Shown here piece after piece: positions 22,039 through 30,787 of a DNA stretch of 64,000 nt. How positions within the stretch are numbered: position 1 is the stretch's first letter; every line of letters starts with the position of its first letter. The position numbers and the translations under genes were made by a program. The notes under the pieces were generated by a model. The model searched no databases. It was not told the DNA's origin and saw only the letters and a program-made list of their open reading frames with translations. This stretch comes from an uncultured Gemmatimonadales bacterium (GTDB taxonomy: Bacteria; Gemmatimonadota; Gemmatimonadetes; Gemmatimonadales; GWC2-71-9), in the NCBI GenBank assembly GCA_963798915.1, contig CAWCVB010000014.1, forward strand, positions 3,565 to 67,564. The letters are read 5' to 3'.

Positions 22039-22089
22039 GGGTCACGGGTCACCAGTCGACCCGCGACCCGTGACCCGTGACCCGTGACC
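22039..22089. repeat. Heptamer hairpin (GGGTCAC)x2 / (GTGACCC)x3 in the pstS-pstC spacer
   Basis: gggtcacgggtcacc agtc gacccgcgacccgtgacccgtgacccgtgacc. The arms are complementary heptamer arrays. Confidence 0.85.
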
Positions 22090-22096
22090 GCTCGCC

Positions 22097-23158
22097 CTAC
22101 AGCTGCTGGAGCCGCTGCTGAATCAGCTCGATGACCGGCATCGGCAACGGCGCGTAATGCAGGTCGCTGGCCATGCGCTGGGCATCGGGCGTGATCATCC
22201 AGGCGACGAAGTTCTTGATCAGTTCGGCCTTGGCGGAGTCGGGATTCTGCGGCCTCAGCAGCAGCCAGGTGAACGACGAGATCGGGTAGGCCGCCTCCCC
22301 GGCCGCGTTGGTGATCGAGACGCGGAAGTCCGTGCCCGGCTGCAGGTTGGCGCCAGCCGCCGCAGCGGTCACGCTGTTGAGTGCCGGCTCCACGAAGTGG
22401 CCGGCGGCATTCTTGACGTCGGCGTACGGGAGACCGTTGCTGATGGCATAGATCAGCTCCACGTATCCGATCGTTCCGTCGTTCTGCTTGACCAGCTGGG
22501 TGACACCCTCGTTGCCCTTGCCACCAAGGCCCACGGGCCAATCGACCGAGGTGCCCTTGCCGACCTTGGTCTTCCATTCGGGCGACACCTTCGAGAGATA
22601 GTCGGTGAAGATGTAACTGGTGCCCGAGCCGTCTGACCGGTGGGCCACGATGATGTCCTTGTCCGGCAGCGCAATGCCAGGATTGAGGCTGGTGATTCGA
22701 CGGTCATTCCACTTGGTGATCTTGCCGAGGAAAATGTCGCCAATGGTGGCGCCATCCAGCTTGAGATGGGTCTGACCCAGCGCCGGCAGGTTGTAGGTGA
22801 CGACATCGGCGCCTAGCACCGTCGGGATATGAAGCACGTTACCCTGCACGGCGGCGATCTGCTCATCAGTCATCGGGCCGTCACTGGCGCCGAAGTCGAC
22901 GGTGCCCTCGGTGAACTGGCGGATGCCGCCGCCGGAGCCGATCGACTGATAATTGATCTTGACCCCGGCCTGCCGGGCATAGGCGTCGAACCACTTGGCA
23001 TAGATCGGGTTCGGGAAGGTGGCGCCGGCGCCGGTCAGCGCGACGCTGGACGAGCCCATCGCTGCGCTGTCCTGCGCAGCCTGGCCCGCCTCTCCCTTGC
23101 CGCCGCAGGCGGAAACGGAGAGGGCGGTAACGAGCGAAAGCAGCATCAAACGACGCAT
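22097..23158 (-). CDS. pstS: Phosphate-binding lipoprotein PstS
   Basis: Start at ATG 23158 after GGAG. Lipobox LSVSAC. Motifs GAGATFP and SDGSGTS typical of PstS. Confidence 0.9.
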   Translation of the reverse strand: MRRLMLLSLVTALSVSACGGKGEAGQAAQDSAAMGSSSVALTGAGATFPNPIYAKWFDAYARQAGVKINYQSIGSGGGIRQFTEGTVDFGASDGPMTDEQIAAVQGNVLHIPTVLGADVVTYNLPALGQTHLKLDGATIGDIFLGKITKWNDRRITSLNPGIALPDKDIIVAHRSDGSGTSYIFTDYLSKVSPEWKTKVGKGTSVDWPVGLGGKGNEGVTQLVKQNDGTIGYVELIYAISNGLPYADVKNAAGHFVEPALNSVTAAAAGANLQPGTDFRVSITNAAGEAAYPISSFTWLLLRPQNPDSAKAELIKNFVAWMITPDAQRMASDLHYAPLPMPVIELIQQRLQQL

Positions 23159-23193
23159 CGGGACTCCATGGGAACGGGAAGAATGGAACGGCA

Positions 23194-24231
23194 TCAGAAC
23201 GTGACCTGGGCTTGCAACAGACCCTGGGTGCGGGCTGCATATGCGGCCGGCGTGGGCGCACCGCCCTCAAACGTGACGTGGTCAATGTCGGCCAGCAGCC
23301 GCAGGTTGGGACTCAGCTGATAAGCCACACCGCCAATGAGCCGTGTCTGCCGGTTGTCGGCGACGTCCGTGTCGGGGTCGACATCGTCCACCCGGGCAAT
23401 GAACTGGATCGGCTGGCTGGGGAGCCGCAACACGCCGAACGCGCTGAGTACCCGGCCCTTGCGCGTGGAGAAATCAGGGAGCGCCGGCGCCGGAGGGTTG
23501 TCCTGGCGGTCACGGGTAAGCCCCGCTTCGCCGGCCAGCGTGAACAGCTTGCTCCGGTACGACAGCATGCCGATCACTCGGCTCCGGACGCCGCCGCCCG
23601 TCGGAGTGCCATACTGCCCGTACCCAGTGAGCCGCAGTCCACCCGTCTTGCTGGCATCATCCGTGGCGAGCAGGCGTCCGGACAGCCGTGCCTCCACATC
23701 CTTGCGCTTGTCGCCCGGTGCTTTTCCGTAGCCTTCGCCGTTGTAGACACCGACCTGCATGTTGACGGCATCCTTGGCCCAGGTACCATCCACCCCCAGT
23801 CCGAAGTCGCTCGAGGTGAGGTACCCGGCCCGGTCAAATACGGTGGTGCCCTGCATCCGGTAATCCCACAGCGATTCCTCATAGTCCAGCCACGGAGTAT
23901 GGATCTGCCCGAACTTGGCAGTCAGCGGGCTGCCGGCCGGCGTATAGCTCGCATACGCGTACTTGAGCCGAAGATCGAGTGAGCCATCACTGGCGCGGTG
24001 CAGGTCCGAGGTGACCCGGACACCGACGCCGCTCCCGAGGCTCCCTGTGACGTTCACGTAGGCACGGGTCACGTCAAAATTATTGCCCTGTGCCGCCGTG
24101 TCGCCCAACTGGTAGAGGTACTGGGCATAGACCACTCCGCCAACCTTGACTTGCGGGCCATCCTGCTGAGCCGCGGCCCTGCCTGACACTGCCAAGCTCG
24201 CCAAGACTGCACCAGCCAGGATACGTCGCAT
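23194..24231 (-). CDS. Outer-membrane beta-barrel porin, first gene of the pst operon (phosphate-selective OprO/P-like role inferred)
   Basis: Signal peptide MRRILAGAVLASLAVSGRAAAQ, alternating beta-strand pattern, C-terminal ...QAQVTF. It ends 35 nt upstream of pstS. Confidence 0.7.
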   Translation of the reverse strand: MRRILAGAVLASLAVSGRAAAQQDGPQVKVGGVVYAQYLYQLGDTAAQGNNFDVTRAYVNVTGSLGSGVGVRVTSDLHRASDGSLDLRLKYAYASYTPAGSPLTAKFGQIHTPWLDYEESLWDYRMQGTTVFDRAGYLTSSDFGLGVDGTWAKDAVNMQVGVYNGEGYGKAPGDKRKDVEARLSGRLLATDDASKTGGLRLTGYGQYGTPTGGGVRSRVIGMLSYRSKLFTLAGEAGLTRDRQDNPPAPALPDFSTRKGRVLSAFGVLRLPSQPIQFIARVDDVDPDTDVADNRQTRLIGGVAYQLSPNLRLLADIDHVTFEGGAPTPAAYAARTQGLLQAQVTF

Positions 24232-24324
24232 CCATGATCTCCGTGGGTTCGGGTGAGCTGAGCGCACCATGCGATCAAGCACACCAGAACGAACGGAAAA
24301 ATCCGTCACGAACAGGATGCTACC

Positions 24325-24372
24325 GTGTCACGGCGATGTAACGGACGCCTGATAGCGTCACGCTTGTGTCAC
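24325..24372. promoter_or_regulatory. Two Pho-box-like 18-bp units (7-bp direct repeats, 4-bp spacers)
   Basis: GTGTCAC-GGCG-ATGTAAC (24325-24342) and GCGTCAC-GCTT-GTGTCAC (24355-24372), in the 159-bp gap upstream of the porin-pst operon. Compare the E. coli CTGTCAT-N4-CTGTCAT. Confidence 0.45.
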
Positions 24373-24390
24373 AGGATCGTGTACATCCGG

Positions 24391-24756
24391 TCAGCGGGCG
24401 CTGTCGACCCCCTCATTGAACGGATCCCGGAACAATTCCTCACCACTGACAATCATGGTGGCCAGGGGGTGTCGGCGAAGCTGGCGCGCGAGCTGGTCGT
24501 TCAGTCCCACCAGCCGCGCGCGCTGGCCCGATGAAAGGTGCCGCTCGCTCAGCACCAGCCATAGCTGCGCCACGCCCGCGGGGTCGATGCCAGTGACCCC
24601 GTCGCAGCGAATCAACAGGTCCCGTGCCGGCTCGACGTCGGCATCGAGGCGCAGGCGCAGCGCACCGACGGCAGTGTCGTCGAGATGACCCACCAGCTGA
24701 TGCGAGCCCGCACGCGGCGCGCGACGTCGAAGGTTGAGAAAAACCGGTTCGGCCAT
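24391..24756 (-). CDS. STAS-domain protein (anti-sigma-factor-antagonist-like)
   Basis: 121 aa. The LVGHLDDTAVGALRLRLD...LIRCDGVTGIDPAGVAQLW pattern is typical of STAS/SpoIIAA-like folds. Confidence 0.55.
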   Translation of the reverse strand: MAEPVFLNLRRRAPRAGSHQLVGHLDDTAVGALRLRLDADVEPARDLLIRCDGVTGIDPAGVAQLWLVLSERHLSSGQRARLVGLNDQLARQLRRHPLATMIVSGEELFRDPFNEGVDSAR

Positions 24757-24928
24757 GGGAACAGCTTAGACGACCAACGTCACGGCCCGAACGGCCTTGT
24801 GTAACGGGCGCACGACGGCGATGGCCTGCAGTTGGCCGCCCACGTGACGCAATCGTTGCATGCGCGTCGTCGGCCTGAGACTGTTGCCCGGGAATTTCCC
24901 ACCGTCTTCCCGCGCAAAGGAACTGCGA

Positions 24929-27679
24929 ATGGTTCGAATGTTCAGTCGAGTGGCAATCGCGATCCTCCTGATGCTTGTCGCCGCTGTGCCCCAACTGGCC
25001 GCTCAGGCCTCCCGCGGGCGAATCGTCGGCCGTGTCGTCGATGCAATCCAGGGGAGTCCGATTGCAGGGGCGGAAGTCGAGCTGGTCGATGGCGGGCGCC
25101 GCCAGCTGACCGCACTGGACGGACGGTATACGCTGCCGGATGTGCCCGCCGGCCGGGCCAGCATTCGGGTGCGCATGATCGGCTACGGCAGCAAGCTGGT
25201 CAGCGGAATCGCCGTCGAGAGTGGCAAGGCGGCGGAACAGGATGTCGCGCTGGATGTCGCGGCGATCCAGCTCGAGGAGATAGCGGTGACCTCGGAAGCC
25301 GAGCGCGGTTCGGTGACGCGCGCGCTCGATGAGCAGCGCACCGCCGTCGGCATCGTGAACACGATGAGTGCCGAGCAGATCGGAAAGACGCCGGACAGCG
25401 ACGCCGGCCAGGCGATGCAGCGCGTCAGCGGCGTCACGGTGCAGGACGGCAAGTACGTGGCGGTGCGCGGGCTGGGCGAGCGCTACACCACCACGGAACT
25501 GAATGGGGCCCGGATACCCAGTCCGGACCCTGAGAAGAAGGTGGTGCCGCTGGACGTCTTTCCGTCCGGACTGCTTGCCAGCATCACTACCGCCAAGACC
25601 TTCACGCCTGACCAGTGGGGCGACTTCTCCGGCGCCCAGGTCAACCTGACCACCCGCGAATTTCCGGCCCACCGCCTGTTCAGTCTGTCAGTCTCGTCGG
25701 GCTTCAACTCGGCGGCGACCGGCCAGGACGTACTCCGGGCTCCGCGCACCGGTTCCGAGTGGCTCGGCTTTGCCGGCAGCGCGCGGGGGCTGCCCGGCCC
25801 GCTGGTGGGCGTTCGCTCGCTCCAGGGCCGAACCGACGCGGAGATCAACTCCATGATTTCCAGCTTCAGGAATGCGTGGGCGCCAGTGGCCGGCAAGGGA
25901 ACCGCCAACGGCTCGCTTTCGCTGGCTGTGGGCGGCAACGATCCGATCGCCGGGCTGGACCTGGGGTACATCGGGTCGCTGTCCTATGGATATGGCCAGG
26001 AAGTGCGGGTCGACGAGGTGCGGGCGCTGCCGAATGTCGAAGGCGACTCCCTGGTGCCGATCGATCAGTATACCGGCTCCACCGGGCGCACCTCGGTATT
26101 GTGGGGTGGCCTCTTCAACCTGACGACCCACCTGGGGTCAGCAAGCCGCATTTCGTTCAATAATTCCTACACCCGCTCGGCCGACAATGAGGCCAACCAG
26201 CTGGGAGGATTGAACGAGGAGTTTGCCACACCACTGGTGCTTTCCCGCACGACGTTCACGGCGCGCGGGGTCCGCTCCAACCAGCTGACCGGCGAACATC
26301 TCCTGGGTGAGCGCCACACCGTGGACTGGTCAGTCACCAATTCACGAGTGACCCGCGATGAGCCGGACCGCTCCGACCTCAGCTACATCGGGGCCACCGA
26401 CCCGGCGACGGGACAGCTGGTCCGGAGCCTCTGGTTCGCCGGGGAATTCTCCGCTACCAAGACCTTCTCGACGTTGTCGGAGAACGGCTGGGACTTTGCC
26501 GGCAACTATCGGCTGGCGCTCGGGTCCCTGACCAGGCCGGTAATGGTCAAGACGGGCGTGGCCCATCGGAAAGTGGATCGGGATGCCGACAGCCAGCCCT
26601 ACGATGTACAAAGCCGTGACCTGTCCGTAGCGGAGCGCTCGGTGGCGCCGTCCCAGCTGTTCGACGGAACCTACGCGATGGACGGCCGGCTGTCGCTCTT
26701 CGTGGATCAGGTGGGCGGCCAGTACACGGCGCACGACCGGATTACGGCGGGCTATGCCATGGTGGACGTGCCCCTGGGCAACCGGCTCCACGTGATCGGC
26801 GGTGGGCGCGTTGAGCACTGGGGACTGGATCTCACCTCATTTGATCGGACGCTGAGCCGGGACAGCACCGTCACGCGTCGCAACACCGACCTGCTGCCCT
26901 CGCTTGCGCTCAACTATGCGCTCAGCCCGGATCAGAACCTGCGGCTCTCCGCCAGCCGGACCCTCTCCCGTCCGGAATATCGGGAAATCACCAATGTCCA
27001 ATCCTTCAACCCGATCGACGGCACCTTCCTGTTCGGCAACACCAACCTGCAGCGCGCCCTGGTGCAGAACTACGACGCGCGGTGGGAATGGTATCCGCGA
27101 GAAGGCGAAATCCTGAGCCTTGGCGTGTTCGCGAAGCGGTTCAGCGACCCCATCGAGCGGGTCTTCGTGTTCACCTCGGGCGCTGCGGCCCTCAGCTACA
27201 TCAATGCCGAACGCGCCACCGACATCGGCGTCGAGGCCGAGGTGCGCACCCGCCTCGACGCCCTGGGACACGGACTGCGCGACCTCACGTTCTTTGCCAA
27301 TGCAACGCTGATGCGAAGCCGGATTACGCCCGGGGATTCCAGCCTGACCAGCGCCGAGCGACCGCTCGTCGGTCAGGCCGGCTATGTGGTCAACGGCGGC
27401 CTGACGTACAGCCACGACGGCTGGAGTGCGACGGCGCTCTACAATGTCGTCGGGCGGCGCGTGGCCGAGGCGGGGTTCCGCCCCTACCCGGACGTCTACG
27501 AGGAGCCCCGGCAGCTGCTGGACGTTTCGCTGGAAGTGCCCGTATTCACGGAGCTCGCGTTCAAGCTGGACGCCAGGAATCTGCTGGATGCGCGGGTGCG
27601 ATTTACCCAGGGCACCGTCGAGCGGCTGGCCTACCGGTCCGGGCGGGTGCTGAGCGTGGGTGCGCAGTGGCAGCCCTGA
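24929..27679 (+). CDS. TonB-dependent outer-membrane receptor with N-terminal carboxypeptidase-regulatory-like domain
   Basis: Signal peptide. GRIVGRVVDAIQGSPIAGAEVEL (CarboxypepD_reg-like). Plug region VRGLGERYTTTELNGARIPSPDPEKKVVPLDVFP. Long beta-barrel. Confidence 0.85.
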   Translation: MVRMFSRVAIAILLMLVAAVPQLAAQASRGRIVGRVVDAIQGSPIAGAEVELVDGGRRQLTALDGRYTLPDVPAGRASIRVRMIGYGSKLVSGIAVESGKAAEQDVALDVAAIQLEEIAVTSEAERGSVTRALDEQRTAVGIVNTMSAEQIGKTPDSDAGQAMQRVSGVTVQDGKYVAVRGLGERYTTTELNGARIPSPDPEKKVVPLDVFPSGLLASITTAKTFTPDQWGDFSGAQVNLTTREFPAHRLFSLSVSSGFNSAATGQDVLRAPRTGSEWLGFAGSARGLPGPLVGVRSLQGRTDAEINSMISSFRNAWAPVAGKGTANGSLSLAVGGNDPIAGLDLGYIGSLSYGYGQEVRVDEVRALPNVEGDSLVPIDQYTGSTGRTSVLWGGLFNLTTHLGSASRISFNNSYTRSADNEANQLGGLNEEFATPLVLSRTTFTARGVRSNQLTGEHLLGERHTVDWSVTNSRVTRDEPDRSDLSYIGATDPATGQLVRSLWFAGEFSATKTFSTLSENGWDFAGNYRLALGSLTRPVMVKTGVAHRKVDRDADSQPYDVQSRDLSVAERSVAPSQLFDGTYAMDGRLSLFVDQVGGQYTAHDRITAGYAMVDVPLGNRLHVIGGGRVEHWGLDLTSFDRTLSRDSTVTRRNTDLLPSLALNYALSPDQNLRLSASRTLSRPEYREITNVQSFNPIDGTFLFGNTNLQRALVQNYDARWEWYPREGEILSLGVFAKRFSDPIERVFVFTSGAAALSYINAERATDIGVEAEVRTRLDALGHGLRDLTFFANATLMRSRITPGDSSLTSAERPLVGQAGYVVNGGLTYSHDGWSATALYNVVGRRVAEAGFRPYPDVYEEPRQLLDVSLEVPVFTELAFKLDARNLLDARVRFTQGTVERLAYRSGRVLSVGAQWQP

Positions 27680-27765
27680 AACCGTTGACGTGACTGTGAC
27701 GCGATGATGATGGGCCCGATATGCCTGTACGGTTTCATCCAGTACCACCTTCTCTCATCGAGGAA

Positions 27766-29439
27766 ATGATGACGCTGGTTTCGCGTAAGCTCGCCGGACT
27801 CCTTGCAGTCGCCGCCATGGTGGCGGTCTCCGCCTGCAGCGACAGCACCGAGCCGACAAACAACCCCCCGGCCACACCGACCGGACTGGCGGCCCAAGTC
27901 CAGGAAGACAACACCATCGCCGTCTCATGGAACGCCTCGACGGGGGCGACCAGCTACACGCTGGAACGGTCTACGGCTGGTGGCGCTTTCACCCAGGTTG
28001 GCGGTTCCATCACGTCCACGTCGTACACCGACAGCGATGTGGAGCAGGACGTGGCCTACAGCTACCACGTGGCCGCGGTGAATGCCAACGGCACCAGCAG
28101 CTTCAGCGCCGCGGTGGATGCCTCGGTTTCGGGCCCGATGGTGGCCACCTTGGGACCCGACCCGATCACCGCGGATCGGACACTGTACGCCGACACGCTG
28201 TACACCTTGTCCGGCTACGTGAAGGTGTCCAATGGCGCGACGCTCACCATCGAGCCGGGGACCAGGATCGTCGGCGACTTTGATGTCAAGGGGAGCTCGC
28301 TCTGGATCCTGCGTGGATCGAAGATTATGGCGGAGGGCACGGCTGACGCGCCCATCGTGTTTACCTCGGCCCAGCCGGTAGGCTCGCGCAAGCCCGGCGA
28401 CTGGGGCGGCCTCATCATCATCGGCAACGGCGTCAGCAGCCGCAGCGGCACCATCTTTTCAGAAGGTCCGCAGGGGGTGACCGAGGTCTACTCCGGGGGC
28501 ACCGATTTCAACGACAACAGCGGCTCGCTCAAGTATGTGCGGGTGGAGTTCGCCGGCTACGACGTGACCGGTACCGGCCAGGAGCTCAACGCCTTCAGCT
28601 CCTATGCCGTAGGGCGGGGGACCAGGTACGAGTACCTCGAGGCGCTTGCCGGTCTCGACGACTCCTATGAATTCTTCGGCGGCGCGGTGGACGGCCGCTA
28701 CCTGCTCTCCTACGAGTCGGGCGACGACCATTTTGACTGGAGCGAAGGGTCCCACATCCGGCTCCAGAATATCGTGGCCTTCCAGAGTGTGCGCCTCACC
28801 CCCGCCGCAGGCGCCGGCTTCATTTCCTCGGATCCGGAAGGCTTCGAGGGCGACGGTTGCCCCTCGGGCGAAGCGGGCTGCGATGCGGGCAACGCCCAGA
28901 CGCCCTACGCGGTCCCCGTCATCGTCAACTTCACGGTCATTGGCCCGGGTGACGGCGTGGCACTCAGCGCCAGCGGTGACTATGGCGCGGTGATTCGCCG
29001 CGGTTCCGGCGGCTACCTGAGCCATGGCATCATTGCCCGCTGGGCCCGCCAGGGCATCAATCTCCGGGATGCGTTCACCAACACGCAGCTCGAGACCAAT
29101 GACTCGCTGAACATCGTGAATCTGCTCATGGCCGAGAACGGCGCCAATTACGACGAGGACGCCGGCGCCAACTTCGGCCAGGCGTCCAAGTTCACCACCT
29201 CGAACCACGTCGAGGACCCCGGCACCGCTGCAAGCCTGATCACCAGTCTTGCCGCGCCCAATCTGGACTGGACGCCGACCGGCTCCGCCGGGGGTGCGGT
29301 TGCGGGTGCCATCGCCATTCCGGCGGGCTACACCGCCAACTTCTTCGGTGGCACGCTCACGCCGGGCGACTACTTCGGCGCAGCCGCTCCTGGCGGTCCC
29401 AAGTGGTGGGATGGCTGGAGCTACTACGCGGCCAACTGA
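27766..29439 (+). CDS. Surface lipoprotein with fibronectin type III domain followed by a beta-helix-like region
   Basis: Lipobox MVAVSAC. FN3-like PTGLAAQVQEDNTIAVSWNASTGATSYTLERS...YSYHVAAVN. Then YTLSGYVKVSNGATLTIEPGTRIVG and GDWGGLIIIGNG. Confidence 0.7.
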   Translation: MMTLVSRKLAGLLAVAAMVAVSACSDSTEPTNNPPATPTGLAAQVQEDNTIAVSWNASTGATSYTLERSTAGGAFTQVGGSITSTSYTDSDVEQDVAYSYHVAAVNANGTSSFSAAVDASVSGPMVATLGPDPITADRTLYADTLYTLSGYVKVSNGATLTIEPGTRIVGDFDVKGSSLWILRGSKIMAEGTADAPIVFTSAQPVGSRKPGDWGGLIIIGNGVSSRSGTIFSEGPQGVTEVYSGGTDFNDNSGSLKYVRVEFAGYDVTGTGQELNAFSSYAVGRGTRYEYLEALAGLDDSYEFFGGAVDGRYLLSYESGDDHFDWSEGSHIRLQNIVAFQSVRLTPAAGAGFISSDPEGFEGDGCPSGEAGCDAGNAQTPYAVPVIVNFTVIGPGDGVALSASGDYGAVIRRGSGGYLSHGIIARWARQGINLRDAFTNTQLETNDSLNIVNLLMAENGANYDEDAGANFGQASKFTTSNHVEDPGTAASLITSLAAPNLDWTPTGSAGGAVAGAIAIPAGYTANFFGGTLTPGDYFGAAAPGGPKWWDGWSYYAAN

Positions 29440-29451
29440 TCAACCTCAATG

Positions 29452-29482
29452 CGGACGGCCGGGCACAGTGCCCGGCCGTCCG
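29452..29482. terminator. GC-rich inverted repeat CGGACGGCCGGGCAC-A-GTGCCCGGCCGTCCG
   Basis: 15-nt perfectly complementary arms, 13 nt after the stop of the FN3 lipoprotein gene. No clear U-tract. Confidence 0.5.
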
Positions 29483-29499
29483 TGCTATACAGGAGTGCA

Positions 29500-30105
29500 G
29501 TGAGAGTGCGACGAATTGCGATGGTCATGGTGACGGCGGGCTTGCTCGCCTGTGCGGCAGCCGGCTGCCGCACGGACGCGGCACGCGCTGCCGCAAGTGT
29601 CACGGTCGACAGCGCACTGAACCGTGATGAAGCATTGCGGCGCTTCCGCTCCGCGCTGCCGGCGCCTGTAGCGCTGGCGGGTGGGGCGAGCTCACGGGCT
29701 GCACTTGCAGAAGCCTGGACGGCCGGGTTGGCGGGCTCCGACACCGCCACCCTTCGCCGGCTGGTGCTCAGCCAGGCGGAGTTTGCCTGGCTGTTCTACC
29801 CGACAAGCCCGCAGGGATTGCCGCCCTATGACCTGTCGCCAGGACTGATGTGGGACATGCTGAGCCGGCAAACGGAGCGCGGGATCAACTATGAGCTGCG
29901 ACACCTGGCCGGGAAACCCTTGACCTTCGCGGCCATGGACTGTGGCGAGAAGCCGTCGATCGAAGGCGACAACCGGCTCTGGGGCCCCTGCCTGATGACA
30001 CTCGTCGTCAACCGGCACGACACGTTACGGGCCCGCCTGACCGGCCCCATCATCGAGCGCCAGGGGCGATTCAAGTTTGTCAGTTATACCAACGAGCTGG
30101 ACTGA
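29500..30105 (+). CDS. Hypothetical lipoprotein
   Basis: GTG start (29500 or 29506) after AGGAG. Lipobox GLLAC. No recognisable catalytic motif. Confidence 0.6.
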   Translation: MRVRRIAMVMVTAGLLACAAAGCRTDAARAAASVTVDSALNRDEALRRFRSALPAPVALAGGASSRAALAEAWTAGLAGSDTATLRRLVLSQAEFAWLFYPTSPQGLPPYDLSPGLMWDMLSRQTERGINYELRHLAGKPLTFAAMDCGEKPSIEGDNRLWGPCLMTLVVNRHDTLRARLTGPIIERQGRFKFVSYTNELD

Positions 30106-30107
30106 CG

Positions 30108-30671
30108 TCAGAACGCGCCGTGAAAGAGCGTGGCGGTGAGCGTCGCGATCACCTGGCCGGCCAGGACATCGCCCAGAAAGTGGACCCCGAGCACCACGCG
30201 CGAGAGCCCCACCGCGAACGCGACCAGCGTGAGCGGAACGAGAAGCACCGGGAAGGTGAGCGCCCAGGCCACCGCGACCGCCATCGCAGCGGTCGCATGG
30301 CCCGAGGGAAACGAGAATTGATCCGGGATGGCGACCAGCGGCTGATGCAGGCCGGCCGGTCGTCCCCGGAACAACGACCGCTTGAGCAGCTGCACGGCCA
30401 GGTGAGAGACGGCGAGCGTTGCGCCGGCGCGATAGGCACCATTCAGCAACGCGGGGTCAGTAGCCGGAAGCAGTACCGCCAGGACACTTGCGGCCGTGCC
30501 ACCGGAATGCGTCATGCCGGTCCAGAGCCGTCGGGTTCCCGCACCGGCGTCTGGTCGAAGCACCAGCCGAGCGGAAAGCTGGCGGTCGACTGCGCCCAGC
30601 CGGTCCAGCCAGGTGGCTGCTCTGCTCGAACGCGCGAATGTCGTCACGACACACATGATGGCGCTGGTCAA
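30108..30671 (-). CDS. PAP2-family membrane phosphatase
   Basis: All three PAP2 motifs are present: KRSLFRGRP, FPSGHA, SRVVLGVHFLGD. Confidence 0.85.
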   Translation of the reverse strand: MTSAIMCVVTTFARSSRAATWLDRLGAVDRQLSARLVLRPDAGAGTRRLWTGMTHSGGTAASVLAVLLPATDPALLNGAYRAGATLAVSHLAVQLLKRSLFRGRPAGLHQPLVAIPDQFSFPSGHATAAMAVAVAWALTFPVLLVPLTLVAFAVGLSRVVLGVHFLGDVLAGQVIATLTATLFHGAF

Positions 30672-30690
30672 CGACGTGTGGATGGCTGCC

Positions 30691-30708
30691 CGGTCACAGT
30701 TCGGTCAC
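30691..30708. promoter_or_regulatory. Pho-box-like direct repeat CGGTCAC-AGTT-CGGTCAC
   Basis: An exact 7-bp repeat with an 11-bp period in the divergent spacer between the PAP2 and GT4 genes. Confidence 0.4.
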
Positions 30709-30787
30709 AGCGCGTGACGTCCGCGGCTGACGCCGTTCCGCGACGCGGTCGTCACCGCGTCGTGACCGGGGCTCGCCAGATTCTGGC

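Noticed and set aside
22039-22089. Reading the GGTCAC heptamers in the pstS-pstC spacer as additional Pho boxes
   Set aside because: The period is 7 bp, not 11 bp, and the two halves are inverted. The geometry fits an RNA hairpin rather than tandem PhoB dimer sites.
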